Shown: one piece after another, positions 10,608 to 22,374 of the stretch | Layout: the number at the start of each line of letters is the position of its first letter | How positions within the stretch are numbered: the first letter of the stretch is position 1 | NCBI RefSeq assembly: GCF_006345805.1 | Contig: NC_043003.1 | Coordinates: 10,478,001-10,542,000 of the forward strand | Direction: 5' to 3' | DNA: 64,000 bases | Origin: Octopus sinensis | Lineage: Eukaryota | Notes under the pieces: model-generated | What the model saw: only the letters and a program-made list of their open reading frames with translations | Databases searched by the model: none | What the model was told of the DNA's origin: nothing | Program-made: the position numbers and the translations under genes

Positions 10608-12588
10608 TATTTCATTAAATTGGCCATATAGGCCTTACAAAGAGAAGCTTGTGGGCTGGACATGGACAAGATGAGATGAAATGAAACAAAATGATACGGA
10701 TGAGAGGGATGTCGGCGCCCACCGACCGACAAACCCTCGAATACAAAGTTTCTTACAACAATACAAAGTTTCTTAAAACAATTCTCTTTGTCAGGTACCC
10801 CAAGCAAAGTGACTTGCCGCCTGCAGACAACTCTGCATCGACAAGTCGGGGCCTGCAAAGAGGAAAGCAAATTCTTCCTTGTCAAAGGTCGCTGTGACCT
10901 TTGACAGAATTCAGGCCATATCGGACTACTTGAGCAGAACGAGTACACGCGTTCTCGGTCACCCAAGCCGTCCAAAAATTTACTCACCGTCCCTGCCTCG
11001 TGGTAAAGGAGGACAAACACCTCATCACAGGAAGGGACCTCACACTGCTCCATCAGTGGCACACTTCCCACTGACGGAGCCCTATCCGCAGGTGGCACAC
11101 ATCCCACCTGCGGCTCCGTCGGCGGCCTAGGAACATCCGCCGACCATCCTCTGCTCCTCTTTTTCCTCTTTATTTTTGAGGCTGCGGGAGTAGGGGGCTG
11201 CGTCGACAGACACGGGGTGTCGCCACCCTCCTCCGCCGCCTGAACATTCTTTGGTCAGCAACCATTGTTGCTCACCTTTTTCTTTTCGTGGAGGCAACTT
11301 CCTCCACGACTTCCAGCGTCTTCCCCTCCAATGAGGGGGCGGGCACCTTCTCTTTCTCATGCTCCAGGGCCCCACCACGGCCCCCTGGACAGTTCCTTTT
11401 GATATGGCCAGGCTCCAGGCACAGGTCTAACTTGGGGAGGAGGTACCTCAAATATCACCGGGTACCTGTACCCGACCATTTTTAGGAAATCCGGAAACAT
11501 CATGTCTCCCTCGGCCACCGGGGTCCACAAAATTGCCTTTGACCCCTCCCAGTCGACCGCAGGAGTAATCTTCACACTCAATAGCCTGGGCCCGCTATCC
11601 CCCAGGCCTCGCCGGATGGTCTCCTCGATCCATCCCGCCTCCGTGCCCGGGGGCAGCCCGCACACCCAGGCTCTTTTTATTTTTCTTCCACAATACGTGG
11701 AGAGGAACAAAATTTCATCTCCCTCACGGGGCTCGCTAGCAAATCTGCTAGCTTCCTCGGGGGTACCAAACAACAACCACACCGTTGCAAATTTGGTCCC
11801 CCGAGAAATAAATTTTATAGTAGGCAGGTAGTCTGCCAACTCTCTATTATGCTCTTGTCGAAGAGGGCGATGGCACCACGCGATCTAGAACAGGTTCGTA
11901 GTACCACCGTCCTCCTCTCAAGATCTTTAATCCACTGTTTGGGTGGGACAACCTCCCACTCCAAGGCAGTGGCTTCATTCTTCTTTGCCATGTGTAAAAA
12001 ATTCAAAGTTCACGATAGATTTAAAAATGAGGAAGATACAAAAAAAAAGGGAAAGCATAACAGAAGGGAAGAAATCAAAAGAAAGTCACAATAAACAAAA
12101 AGGAGAAAGTCAAATAAGTTCAGAAGAAAGTCAATAATTCAGGAACACAGCAAAAAATCTTCCGGCCATTCGGTACTCCCGGCCTAAGTTGAACCCGGAA
12201 CGCCGCAACTGGAACACAACTTCCACAATAATTGGTATAAAAATTGTTCAATCTTCGGAGGCAAAACACTCCCCCATACAGCAGTTCTCACAATTCTTAA
12301 AGTTCTTCAAAAGGCACAATACAAGCAATAATTCTCACAATTACGTGAGAACACACACGTCTCCACTGCAAGGCAGACAAAAAAGCTCCGAATCCAGTAA
12401 GGACTCCTTGCTAGTACAAAAAATAAAACCTACAAGCAACAAATCCTACTGGACTCCAGAAACAGTAGAGCGTCTTTTAATTCACCAGCTGCACCAGCGT
12501 GGTGACTTCAGTTCAATTTTCGCCAGCTGCAAACCAGCATGGCGACTTCAACAGGCGAGTGAAGAACAACTAACGACCGGAACCGGAA
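10608..12588 (-). mobile_element. Element 4: ORF1-only Tx1-derived retroelement, ~2.0 kb, 11-bp TSD
   Basis: gcaagcttctt occurs at 10597-10607 and 12589-12599. It has a ~600-bp 5'UTR, a frameshifted ORF1 and a pyrimidine-rich 3' end, with no APE or RT motifs. Confidence 0.85.
10780..11991 (-). pseudogene. ORF1 of element 4 (several frameshifts, degenerate knuckle; the true stop is uncertain)
   Basis: MAKKNE...ISRGTKFATVWLLF...STYCGRKIKRAWVCGLPP...PKLDLCLEPGHIKRNCP. One frame is open from 11254 to 10607. Confidence 0.72.
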
Positions 12589-12624
12589 GCAAGCTTCTTA
12601 CCACACTTGCGCCTAGTTATTATT

Positions 12625-12997
12625 TTATTCTATTACTTCAGCCATTTGACTGCGGCCTTGCTGGAGCACCACGTTTTAGTGGAACAAATCGACCCCAGGA
12701 CTTATTTTTTGTAAGCCTAGTACTTTTGCCGAACCGCTAAGTTACGGGGACGTAAACGCACCAGCATCGGTTGTCCAGTGATGGTGGGAGGGGATAAACA
12801 CTGGCACACAAGTACACACGCACACATATATATACATATACGACGAGCTTCTTTCAGTTTCCGTCTACCAGATCCACTCACAAGGCTTTGGTCGGTCCGA
12901 GGCTATATTAGTCACTTGCCCAGGGAGCCATGCAGTGGGACTGAACTCGGAACCATGTGGCTGATAAGCAAGCTATTTACCACACAGCCACACCTGC
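12625..12997 (-). mobile_element. SINE family A
   Basis: Reverse-complement family A sequence from tail (ttcagccatttgactgcggcc) to head (ccacacagccacacctgc). Confidence 0.85.
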
Positions 12998-13004
12998 CCT
13001 TATT

Positions 13005-13225
13005 TAGCTTTTTTTTATCTTTCGCTTTTTTCACTCATGGGACTGCAGCCATGCTGGAGCACCGCATTGAAAGACTTAGTCAACCGAATTGACGTCATTA
13101 TTTATTTATTTATTTTTTAAGTCTGTTACGTATTCCATCAGTATCTTTTTGGCAAGTCGCTAAGTTACAGGGATCCGAACAATGCAACACCGGTTGTCAG
13201 GCGGTGGAAGGGACAACACAAACAT
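13005..13225 (-). mobile_element. SINE family A 3' half, followed by a (CA/TG)-type microsatellite to ~13405
   Basis: gactgcagccatgctggagcacc...ctaagttacaggg...caacaccggttgtcaggcgg. Confidence 0.7.
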
Positions 13226-13925
13226 AAAGAAACACACACGTTGAGTAGAATAATGCACACGCGCACGTACACACAACACATGCACATACACACACATATG
13301 CACGTACACACAAACACACACGTGCACACACATACACACGCACGTATACACACACACATGCATGTACACACAAACACACACACACACACACACGCGCACG
13401 CGCACAAGTCACCTGACAGTAAATCGGAACCATTTAATTCCAAGATTTATTTATGTTTAACAACTGAATGAATTTCATAAAAGCATCTAAATATGAAACA
13501 TTAAAATTGTTGAAACTGAAGTCCTTCTTGAGCGACACATTTTTCTATTCAAGTCAATACAGAATTATAGATAGTACTCCTGGAATTCTGATTTACTGTC
13601 GGGTGACGTTTGGCTAACCCTGTATAAACATATATAGGACAGGCTACCACACAGTTTCCGCTTACTAAATTTACTCACAAGGCATTGATCGGCTACGATG
13701 CTGCAGACTAGGACTGAACCTGAAACCACGTGACTACAAAGTGGACTTCTTAACCATTCCTGAGTCTGAATCAAATATTTTAAAGAAAAAAAAACGTGTT
13801 AGTTAATTTTGTAAATAATGAAGAATTTGAAATTTACTAAATATAAATATTTTGCCATCATCCTAGTGTTTGAAATAAAATTCAACAAATGTTAGATTCA
13901 CGGTTTTTCTTTTTTTGTAACAAGT

Positions 13926-14160
13926 GGAGGCGCGTGGCTTAGTGGTTAGGGTGTCAGCACCATGATCGTAAGATTGTGGTTTCGATTCCTGGACCGGGTG
14001 ACGCGTTGTGTTCTTGAGCAAAACACTTCATTTCACGTTGCTCCAGTCCACTCAGCTGGCAAAAAAATGAGTAACGCTGCGATGGACTGGCTGAGGAAGA
14101 CATACGCCATTGAAACCGGGAAACCGGGCCCATGAGGCTGGCTAGGCTTTAAAAGGACGC
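13926..14160 (+). mobile_element. SINE family D (tRNA head, V-domain-like 'ctgcgatggactggc')
   Basis: tggaggcgcgtggcttagtggttagg...ggtttcgattcc (A and B boxes)...cgctgcgatggactggc. Confidence 0.65.
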
Positions 14161-15544
14161 AGAAAAGAAAGAACTTTATAACAAGCAATTTTGTAACAAT
14201 GTACCAGAAGCTGCAGTATGTGTATTGCGGCATCGAAGAGGTTGAATAAGGAAAGAAGAAATCGTATTATACTATACTACATTCCAAAAACATGTTAACT
14301 GATCATCGGTCAACAAGACACATCAGTGGATGTTCTACAGCAGCCACATCACATTTGAAAGTGTAGACTTTTTGCCTTTTTATAGAATAAAATATTAGAT
14401 ACCAATGTACGAAAAAGAAAGAACTGAAAACTTATTTTAAAACAATAATCATTAAAATTGTTTTGACAATTACTAAGACAATTAAAACTTCCAAAAGTTA
14501 ATGCCATGAATTTAATTAATATCCGTGTTATTGATTGAAAATATAAAAGAAAATTCCAGCAACAATAATTTTAGTTTTGTGTTGTTTGTTTTTGTCCTGG
14601 TGGTAGTGGTGGAGTTTAATGAGTGAATTTCTGAACTGAAAACTAATTAAGCCAGCTCAATTAAAACTAAAATTATTCTTTATCTGTTTTCAAAACGGAA
14701 ACAGTATGTGAAGCTGAAGAATAAGCTATCGCCTCTCAGGATCTGGATAATCTCCAGGACAGAATTCAGGAAGTATTAGTCTGTGGCAAGTAATTTTAAA
14801 TAATGTATATATAATCAGTCTGTGGTGAACGTACATATATGCATGTATATCTATAATGTGTATGTATATATATATATATGTGTGTGTGCTAGAGGTTGCT
14901 TGTGGATATGTATGTGTATAAGTGTATGTGTGTGTGTATATACATATAATTATGTATGATTGTGCGATTGATCTGTCGATGTGCGTGTGCGTATTTGCGT
15001 TTCTTGATTAACTAACCGTAAAATTTCTTTTGTGATTCAAATTTCAAACTACAAGCCAATCGAATTAATCTAAAATAATCAATATCAAGCGGACAGAATA
15101 ACTAAACTCATAGTTATTTCGATTTTGAAAGGATGGACTTGGTGCAAACATAACTGTATCTATTATTATTATTAATATTAATAGTAATTTTTATTGACTT
15201 TTATAGGTTTATAATTTTATGAACTGAACTATGGTTTTTTATTATTTTTCAGGTATAGGTATGATTTTAATTTAAATAGTAGTGCGCATACATCTCCCTA
15301 TGTGTTAGTTTTTAGAACTATTAGCCAAATATGTAAAATAACTGTGCTTATTAATATTAATATATACACTGATATATATTTTGTTTTATTTTGTTTTGTT
15401 TACCTTGCATTATTGTATCAATGAGTATTATATATGTGTAGCATTATGGAGTTTATGCACAAGTTTTTATATTTTACATTTTTATATTTTTATATTTATA
15501 TGTATATGGAAAAATAATTTTTTCACAATTATAACAAATTAAAT

Positions 15545-15654
15545 TCTCTGAAGAGGCCGTGGGGCATCCTTGTTAATGCCTCATTTATACCTGCCTTTAT
15601 GGCTTATAGGTTAAATGAGGTATGACTGCCCTTACTGCCGAAACAGCTGTCAGA
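15545..15654 (+). ncRNA. Type I hammerhead ribozyme motif with ~85-nt stem II
   Basis: tct-CTGAAGA-ggc[...]gcc-GAAA-cagctg-TC|aga. All core residues are canonical, the cleavage triplet is GUC, stem III is palindromic and stem I has 3 bp. Confidence 0.72.
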
Positions 15655-15949
15655 TATGATATAATTACATATTATATTTTATATCTTATATTTCTATTTC
15701 CTTGTCTATTTATATTTACTATATATTTTGTATAATGCCTTTACTGATATGTAATGGTGTAATAAAGTATTGATTGGGTATCATCTGATAGTTGATGTCT
15801 TATTGATTTAAGTATGTTTCTCCATTTTCTAATTTTGTAGTTTTATATATATATATGTATATATATACATATATACACATACATGCTGCGTATATATTCT
15901 GCGATGACATCCCTCACGCCGGACTTCTCTCTGATGACGTCGGTACTGA

Positions 15950-16085
15950 TGTGCTCTCTCAACGAGATTTCAGGAGGACGATTGGGATCACGTGGATGAG
16001 AAAGGCGCCATCCAGAGAGGAGTGGACAGCGTGCTGTGGCCAGCGGTGTCAAATGAACTCCCGACGGACTTATCGGCCAAGGTGA
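15950..16085 (+). mobile_element. Probable RTE-type LINE ORF C-terminal fragment
   Basis: RDFRRTIGITWMRKAPSREEW resembles the RTE C-terminal W..DD....G.TW...A..R..W motif. Confidence 0.4.
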
Positions 16086-17159
16086 TATACATACACAAAA
16101 TTAGAAAACGAAGTAGATAAAATCTGGGCTACTTAAGTTCCATAGCTAACAGGACCTCGGAAGTTCCTGAAAGTTTTTTATACCTTCTACAGACTGCTCG
16201 AAGCTTACTGACTTCCTACACCTTGATTCTTGCATCTTACCTTTATATATATATATAATGTGTGTGTGTCGTAGCTTGCTGTTCTTCTCATTCTTCTCCT
16301 CCTCTACATTAATTTGACAGTGTCTTTCAATTCAGGAATAATATAGAAAATAGAACGCGTTGAGAAAGAAATTACTTACACCAGGATATACTTAGAGATA
16401 GTTACTTAAAGTAGTGTTAGAATACTGTTAAAATAAACTCAAGGTGACCTGAATAGGCGTGAATTACACGATTGCTTTTCGTCAAAGCAACTCTACTTGA
16501 AAGGTATCGTACTATGTTAATACTTCGATGAGAATAGAATTAACCACGAGAACATGAATAAACTTTAAATTAACGACTTGCAATGTAATACAACCAATCT
16601 TAAAGAGTATACTTTTGTAAACACAATTTGGATATAAAAAAGAAAGAGTAAAACACCAAATGACCTGATCAAACCACTTATCTATTGACAGGCGCATTGA
16701 TTCTCTTCGAAGTAACGGATCGAAGATAAGACGTTTTATTACATTAAATATCAACAGAAGCTTCATTATAGGCGGATTAAGTGGAGGACAAATTACCTAT
16801 AAAACGGATGAGAATGCGGAGGCGGATAAAAGTTCAGCTAAGAGCAGACAAACCGTTATACCTAATTTCAGAAAGAAGACAACATAATCTCGCTATGCTG
16901 TGATATATATAATGCGGCCAGTCAAATAATAGATACATAGTTCACATTCTGTCGGTGAATTTGCATTAGGTTTTCATCTCGAACTTGTTTAGAAAGAAAT
17001 AAAGTGTGTGTGTGTGTGTGGATAGATCCAATATAGGCAGAATCAACAAAAGATAGATAGATATTAATGGAATCAAATCAATAAGATTAAAGCGCTGGTT
17101 TAGAGTTTGCTGTAAAAAGAGAAAATAATATAAATTGCATATGAAACACCAATGAACTC

Positions 17160-17880
17160 ATAAGGCCAGGGGGCAGTGCGATCCCAGAGTTAGAATCGAT
17201 GCGTGACCTGGGGATTCCACATGAGCAGTGACGCAACATCCCATGTGCACATTGCCAGGATGACAGCACTGTGCAGGCGAGTGGCTTTGCTATTCCTAGT
17301 TGTCCTCGGTCGTCTGGATTTCTGCCCCCAACTGTGGCCGTCGCAGGGCGTCAAACTAGAGGCAGAACTTGAGGCAATCCGGCGCCACTATACAAAGAAG
17401 GTTGACCCGGTGAAACAGATGAGCTACTAGAAGCTACGAGAACTGAAGCTCTACTCCCTGGGGGGGGGGAGACGAGAAAGGTAAGCAAGGATATACATAA
17501 CGAATATCCTGGAAGATCTAGAGCCCATCTTTGGAATTAAAAGCTATACCAACCACCGAACTGGGCGTCACTGCATAATGCCAAAGATATTGCCTTCTTC
17601 ATCTCAGATAAGGACCCAGTATTGCAAGAGCTTGGGTTTCAGCGGAGCACAACTGTTTAAAATCCTGCAAAGGAACTTAAGAGATCTACAAGGTGTAGAT
17701 GTGGAGACGTTCAAAAAGCACCTGGAATCCCAGATAAGCCCACTTCGCGACAGGAAACACAAAGAAGAGCAACTTCGCCCAACTCGCTTCTTCACCAAAA
17801 ACCGTACCGGAAATAGACCCAAAAACACTGAAAGGCGGCGTTCTAACATGGCTCCAGCCTCTGGATGAAACCAGTAAATG
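17160..17880 (+). mobile_element. CR1-like LINE 3' fragment (degenerate)
   Basis: RDLG...QLWP...LKLYSL..RRER...ILEDL...RHC...SLGFSGAQLFKIL.RNLRD...FKKHL, with 3' tail ggcggcgttctaacatggctccagcc. Confidence 0.8.
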
Positions 17881-18107
17881 GATAGTGGTATAAATTTGTG
17901 CGTGTACGTGCGTGCGCTTATGTGTGTACGATTGCTTTCACATTCACTTTTAATACATTTCAGTCAACAGGGACAGAAATGTGTTAATGACTGTTGTGTT
18001 TCCTCATAGGAGAACATCTTATCCTTACAGACGAGTATGTGTTCATAACTTACACGATTCATTAGAGTAAGAGGTTCCTGGGATATCTGGAGTTTCCACA
18101 TCCTTTC

Positions 18108-18262
18108 AAATTCCGCCGAGATCGACTTTGCCTTTCATCCTTTCGGGGTCGATAAATTAAGTACCAGTTATGCACTGGAGTCGATATAATCGACTTAATC
18201 CGTTTGTCTGTCCTTGTTTGTCTTCTCTATGTTTAGCCCCTTGTGGGTAGTAAAGAAATAGG
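18108..18262 (+). mobile_element. SINE family B 3' half with Tx1-like tail
   Basis: gcctttcatcctttcggggtcgataaattaagtaccag...gtttagccccttgtgggtagtaaagaaata. Confidence 0.85.
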
Positions 18263-18277
18263 TATTCTGGATTGTGG

Positions 18278-18657
18278 AAGCACTCCGTCGGTTACGACGA
18301 CGAGGGTTCCGGTTGATCCGAATCAACGGAACAGCCTGCTCGTGAAATTAACGTGTAAGTGGCTGAGCACTCCACAGACACGTGCACTCTTAACGTAGTT
18401 CTCGGGGATATTCAGCATGACACAGAGAGTGACAAGGCCGGCCCCTTGAAATACAGGTACAACAGAAACAGGAAGTAAGAGTGAGAGAAAGTTGTGGTGA
18501 AAGAGTACAGCAGGGATCACCACCATCCCTGCCGGAGCCTCGTGGAGCTTTAGGTGTTTTCGCTCAATAAACACTCAGAACGCCCGGTGTGGGAATCGAA
18601 ACCGCGATCCTACGACCGCGAGTCCGCTGCCCTAACCACTGGGCCATTGCGCCTCCA
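18278..18657 (-). mobile_element. SINE family C (tRNA-like head), full length, ~10-bp TSD attctggatt
   Basis: Head on minus: tggaggcgcaatggcccagtggttagggcagcgg...gtttcgattcc. Near-identical to 25267-25647. Confidence 0.9.
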
Positions 18658-19254
18658 CAAATTCTGGATTAGTGAATCTAACAAAAGACCGTGGCTCTTG
18701 TTTATAAGTTAAGCAAACAAATTATTTACTAATGTGTGCCAATATCTACCAACCGATGACACATCGTCATGAGCATGGTGCACGTCTAGAATCCAAACGA
18801 TGGTTTGCGTGTTTATTGTTGATGCATTTCAGCAGATTCGAACGTGAAAATGGTAATCGTTGCTGTGCTTCGACAGAAGAAAAGAAGCTCTTCGAAATGA
18901 AAATTCATAAAAGTCTCGAATCAAAAGCGTTTACGTTTCGAAAAGTCTCAAGTACGATGGTTTCAAACTAAAATGACATTTTTAAGTGCTTTCAAAATAA
19001 CTTTGTTCGTTGAAATGATCATCGTGAGGAGTCTTAAGAAAGAAACATAAAAACTTTTCATGTGTATCAGGCATTCAGTACTAAATTTGAAAGCAGTCTA
19101 CTTCCATTCAATCAAATACAACAAAGTTAAAGTAACGTGTGTCTGTGTGTGGCTAAGTCTACGATAAAAGTAAAGCTATATGCATCGATTTGATGGAAGG
19201 AAATTTAAAGAAGCCTATGATATATATATGTGCAGAGATGTATATCTATACGTG

Positions 19255-19480
19255 TGTGTGTCTTTTTGGCTGCTTGTCCCCACCACCATCACCATCACCG
19301 CTCGACAACTGGTGGTGGTGTATTTCTGTTCCCATAACTTTGCCGTTCGGCAAAAGATATCAATAGAGTAAGTACCAAGGTTTTAAAAAAAATACTGGGG
19401 TCAACACATTCGACTAAAAGTTCTTCAAGGCGGTGCCCTAGCATGGCCGCTGTCTGAATGAAACAAGTAAAAGATAAAAG
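19255..19480 (+). mobile_element. SINE family A 3' half
   Basis: ttgtccccacc...gttcggcaaaag...gcatggccgctgtctgaatgaaac. Confidence 0.7.
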
Positions 19481-19519
19481 CTGAAAGATGTATATATATA
19501 TAGAGAGAGAGATAGGGAG

Positions 19520-19704
19520 ATATACTCTTTTACACGTTTCAATCATTTGACTGCAGCCATGCTGGAGCACCATCTTCAGTCGAGCAAATCGACCCCAGGA
19601 CTTATTGTTTGTAAGCCTAGTACGTATTCTATCGGTCACTTTTGCCGAACCAATATGCTACGAGAGTGTTAACACACCAACATCGGTTGTCAAGCGATAG
19701 TGGG

Positions 19705-19745
<41 letters not shown>

Positions 19746-19748
19746 ATA

Positions 19749-19793
<45 letters not shown>

Positions 19794-19932
19794 TACACGA
19801 CGGGTTTCTTTCAATTTCCGTCTACCAAATCCACTCACAAGGCTTTGGTCGGCCGAGGCTATAATAGAAGACACTTGCCCAAGGTGACACGCAATGGGAA
19901 TGAACCCGGAACCAAGTAGTTGGTAACCAAGC
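19520..19932 (-). mobile_element. SINE family A
   Basis: Full reverse copy with an internal (CA)(TA) tract. Confidence 0.85.
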
Positions 19933-19957
19933 TTCTTACTACACAGCCACATGTATG

Positions 19958-19999
<42 letters not shown>

Positions 20000-21640
20000 G
20001 GAATAAATATGAATATATATGACATTTATATATCTATACAACGCATTGGGAGAAATGAATTCTTTCGGGAGCTTGAATCACAAGAGATCAGTAAAAGTTC
20101 GATTCAGGAATATTGTTAATGGTTGCGATATATGTTCGTATACTTCCGAAATAATTTTGCACGCGCGCGCGTATGTGTATGGTGTGTGTGTGTGTGTGTG
20201 TGTGTGTTAGCATTAATATTTGCTTTATGTCAAGTTATATATGAATTTAATTTAACATTAAGCTGAAGAACTACTCGATACATTTTAGCAAGTACTTGTT
20301 TCTTAAACTTTTCCATGAGGAGCGGTGATAGCGACTTTGAAGTTTTGGTTTGCCATCCTTCTTCATATCGTCATACTGTCTGAAAAAGGTTAGCATGCCG
20401 AAGCTTCGATGTCACTGTCACACTCTACTTCTAAAAATTTAATACACACACACACACACACATATACACATACGTATGTGTGTGTACATGAATGTATATA
20501 ATTGTATGTATATATGTATCTAATGATGTATATATATATATATTTATATATGTATATATGTATATATGCATATATATTTACTTACATCTATGTATGTATA
20601 TATATATAATATATATATGTATGTATGTACATATGAATATATATACCCTGTATATGGATGGATAGGTAGGTAGATAGATAGACAGGTGGGTAGGTTGATA
20701 GATAGGTGGATAGGTAGGTAGATGGATGGATGGATAGATAGATAGATAGGTAGATAGATGAGGGTAAAAATAAAGGAATTTTAGTCATTTAAGCGTTATT
20801 CTTTGGTTTTCTGAAGATATTTCAACGCTAAGATTATCCCACAAATACTTTTCGTATTCCCAATGTGTCTTTATTCCGTATTGAATACATAATGGCAGAT
20901 ACCACTTAACCAAGCAGAGTTTATTTTTAGTTTTTGTTTAAATAATTAAAGGTATTTAAATCTGACCGAGGTTATGGAGTTCCTTGGTTGGTGCAGAACT
21001 AAGATAAAACAAAACTGCATAACTTCAATGCAGTAGAATTACAAATAAAATAGCAAGGGTCTAAGAGATAACCGAAATTACCTGACGATCTCGACTCTTG
21101 AGAACTTACCAACCTAGTCTTTGTAGCTCAACATCTCAAAGCAATAAAAATGCTAACGCTTACAGTAATAAATGACAATAAGTACGATAAACACGACTGG
21201 AAAAAGATGTATTAGGAAATATGAACAAAGGAAAAGAACTGCTGCGAAGTAAATATAGATGTAAATAACAAGCTTCACTTTCCTTAAGACTTTTAGAAGA
21301 ATAAATATATATTGGTTTGAGTTTTCTCTTAAACTACTTGTATTAGATTTCCATTGATTTGTATCTTCAGATTAGGTCTGTGGGCATCGATAATGCTGTG
21401 CATATCTGACAAAGGAATCAATCTAATATTCTCCCTTTCACTCGCTCTGCCCTCCTCTCTCTCTCTCTCTCCACACGTACACACTCACATACATATTTAT
21501 CTAGGAAGACTTGTCCATATGCATACACACACACATACCTTGTATATATATATATACGCACACGCACACACGCGCATACGCACACGCACACACGCGCACA
21601 CGCACACGCACACGCACACACACACACACGCACACGCACA

Positions 21641-21683
<43 letters not shown>

Positions 21684-21860
21684 GTGTGTGTGTATATATG
21701 TATGTATGTATGAGCCTTTGCAGATACATATATGCATGTGTGTGTGAATGAATTGCTTGTTATTTGTGCAAGAATTTAACTCCCTCAAACCTACATTTTC
21801 CTGCACATAAAATTATTTTATAGCAATAAGAATACATAAATACACACACACACACACACA

Positions 21861-22106
21861 CAGAGGGTGTTCAAAAAGTCTCTCCGCAGTGAATTTGTTT
21901 TTGATCCTGCACATCACCATGGCGCTACTTGAAGAGTTTTTCAGTGAACAGATTATTTCGAAGGGACATTGGCCACCAAGATCACCTGATTTTAAGCCGC
22001 CAGACATTATTTTTTTTTATCTGGGGAGCAAGTAAAGGATCAGTTTACAAGAATCCACCGAAAACCACTAAATGCTTACTGCGAAGAGACTTTTTGAACA
22101 CCCTAT
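21861..22106 (+). mobile_element. Tc1/mariner-derived MITE with ~28-bp TIRs and a transposase remnant
   Basis: gggtgttcaaaaagtctctccgcagt ... actgcgaagagactttttgaacaccc. Internal WPPRSPD motif; TA-rich flanks. Confidence 0.82.
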
Positions 22107-22339
22107 ATATCGTTTACTTTTTTAATATATACATTTATGTATGTATATACCAGCTTGCTCATTTTGGAACATCTTACGTTTTCATAGTCGTAACATTGGT
22201 TAATATAACGGAATGGTTCAAGGACAAATATGCTTTATGAGTAACTGAATATTTTAAAACTCTGTATGTCTCTATATTCCCATGCCAATGTTTTAGAATA
22301 CGTGTGCATATATACGTATGAAAATACATACATACCTAC

Positions 22340-22374
<35 letters not shown>

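Noticed and set aside
11127-11129. TAG followed 7 nt later by a hairpin, resembling a retroviral readthrough signal
   Set aside because: The same frame stops again 15 codons later, and the long open frame is a different one.
13926-14000. tRNA-like sequences here and at 18580-18657 and 25570-25647 as tRNA genes
   Set aside because: They continue into SINE bodies, have TSDs or multiple copies, and lack a complete acceptor stem.
14700-14800. Possible exon (AIASQDLDNLQDRIQEVLVCG)
   Set aside because: In-frame stop upstream, non-canonical donor, and no recognisable homology.
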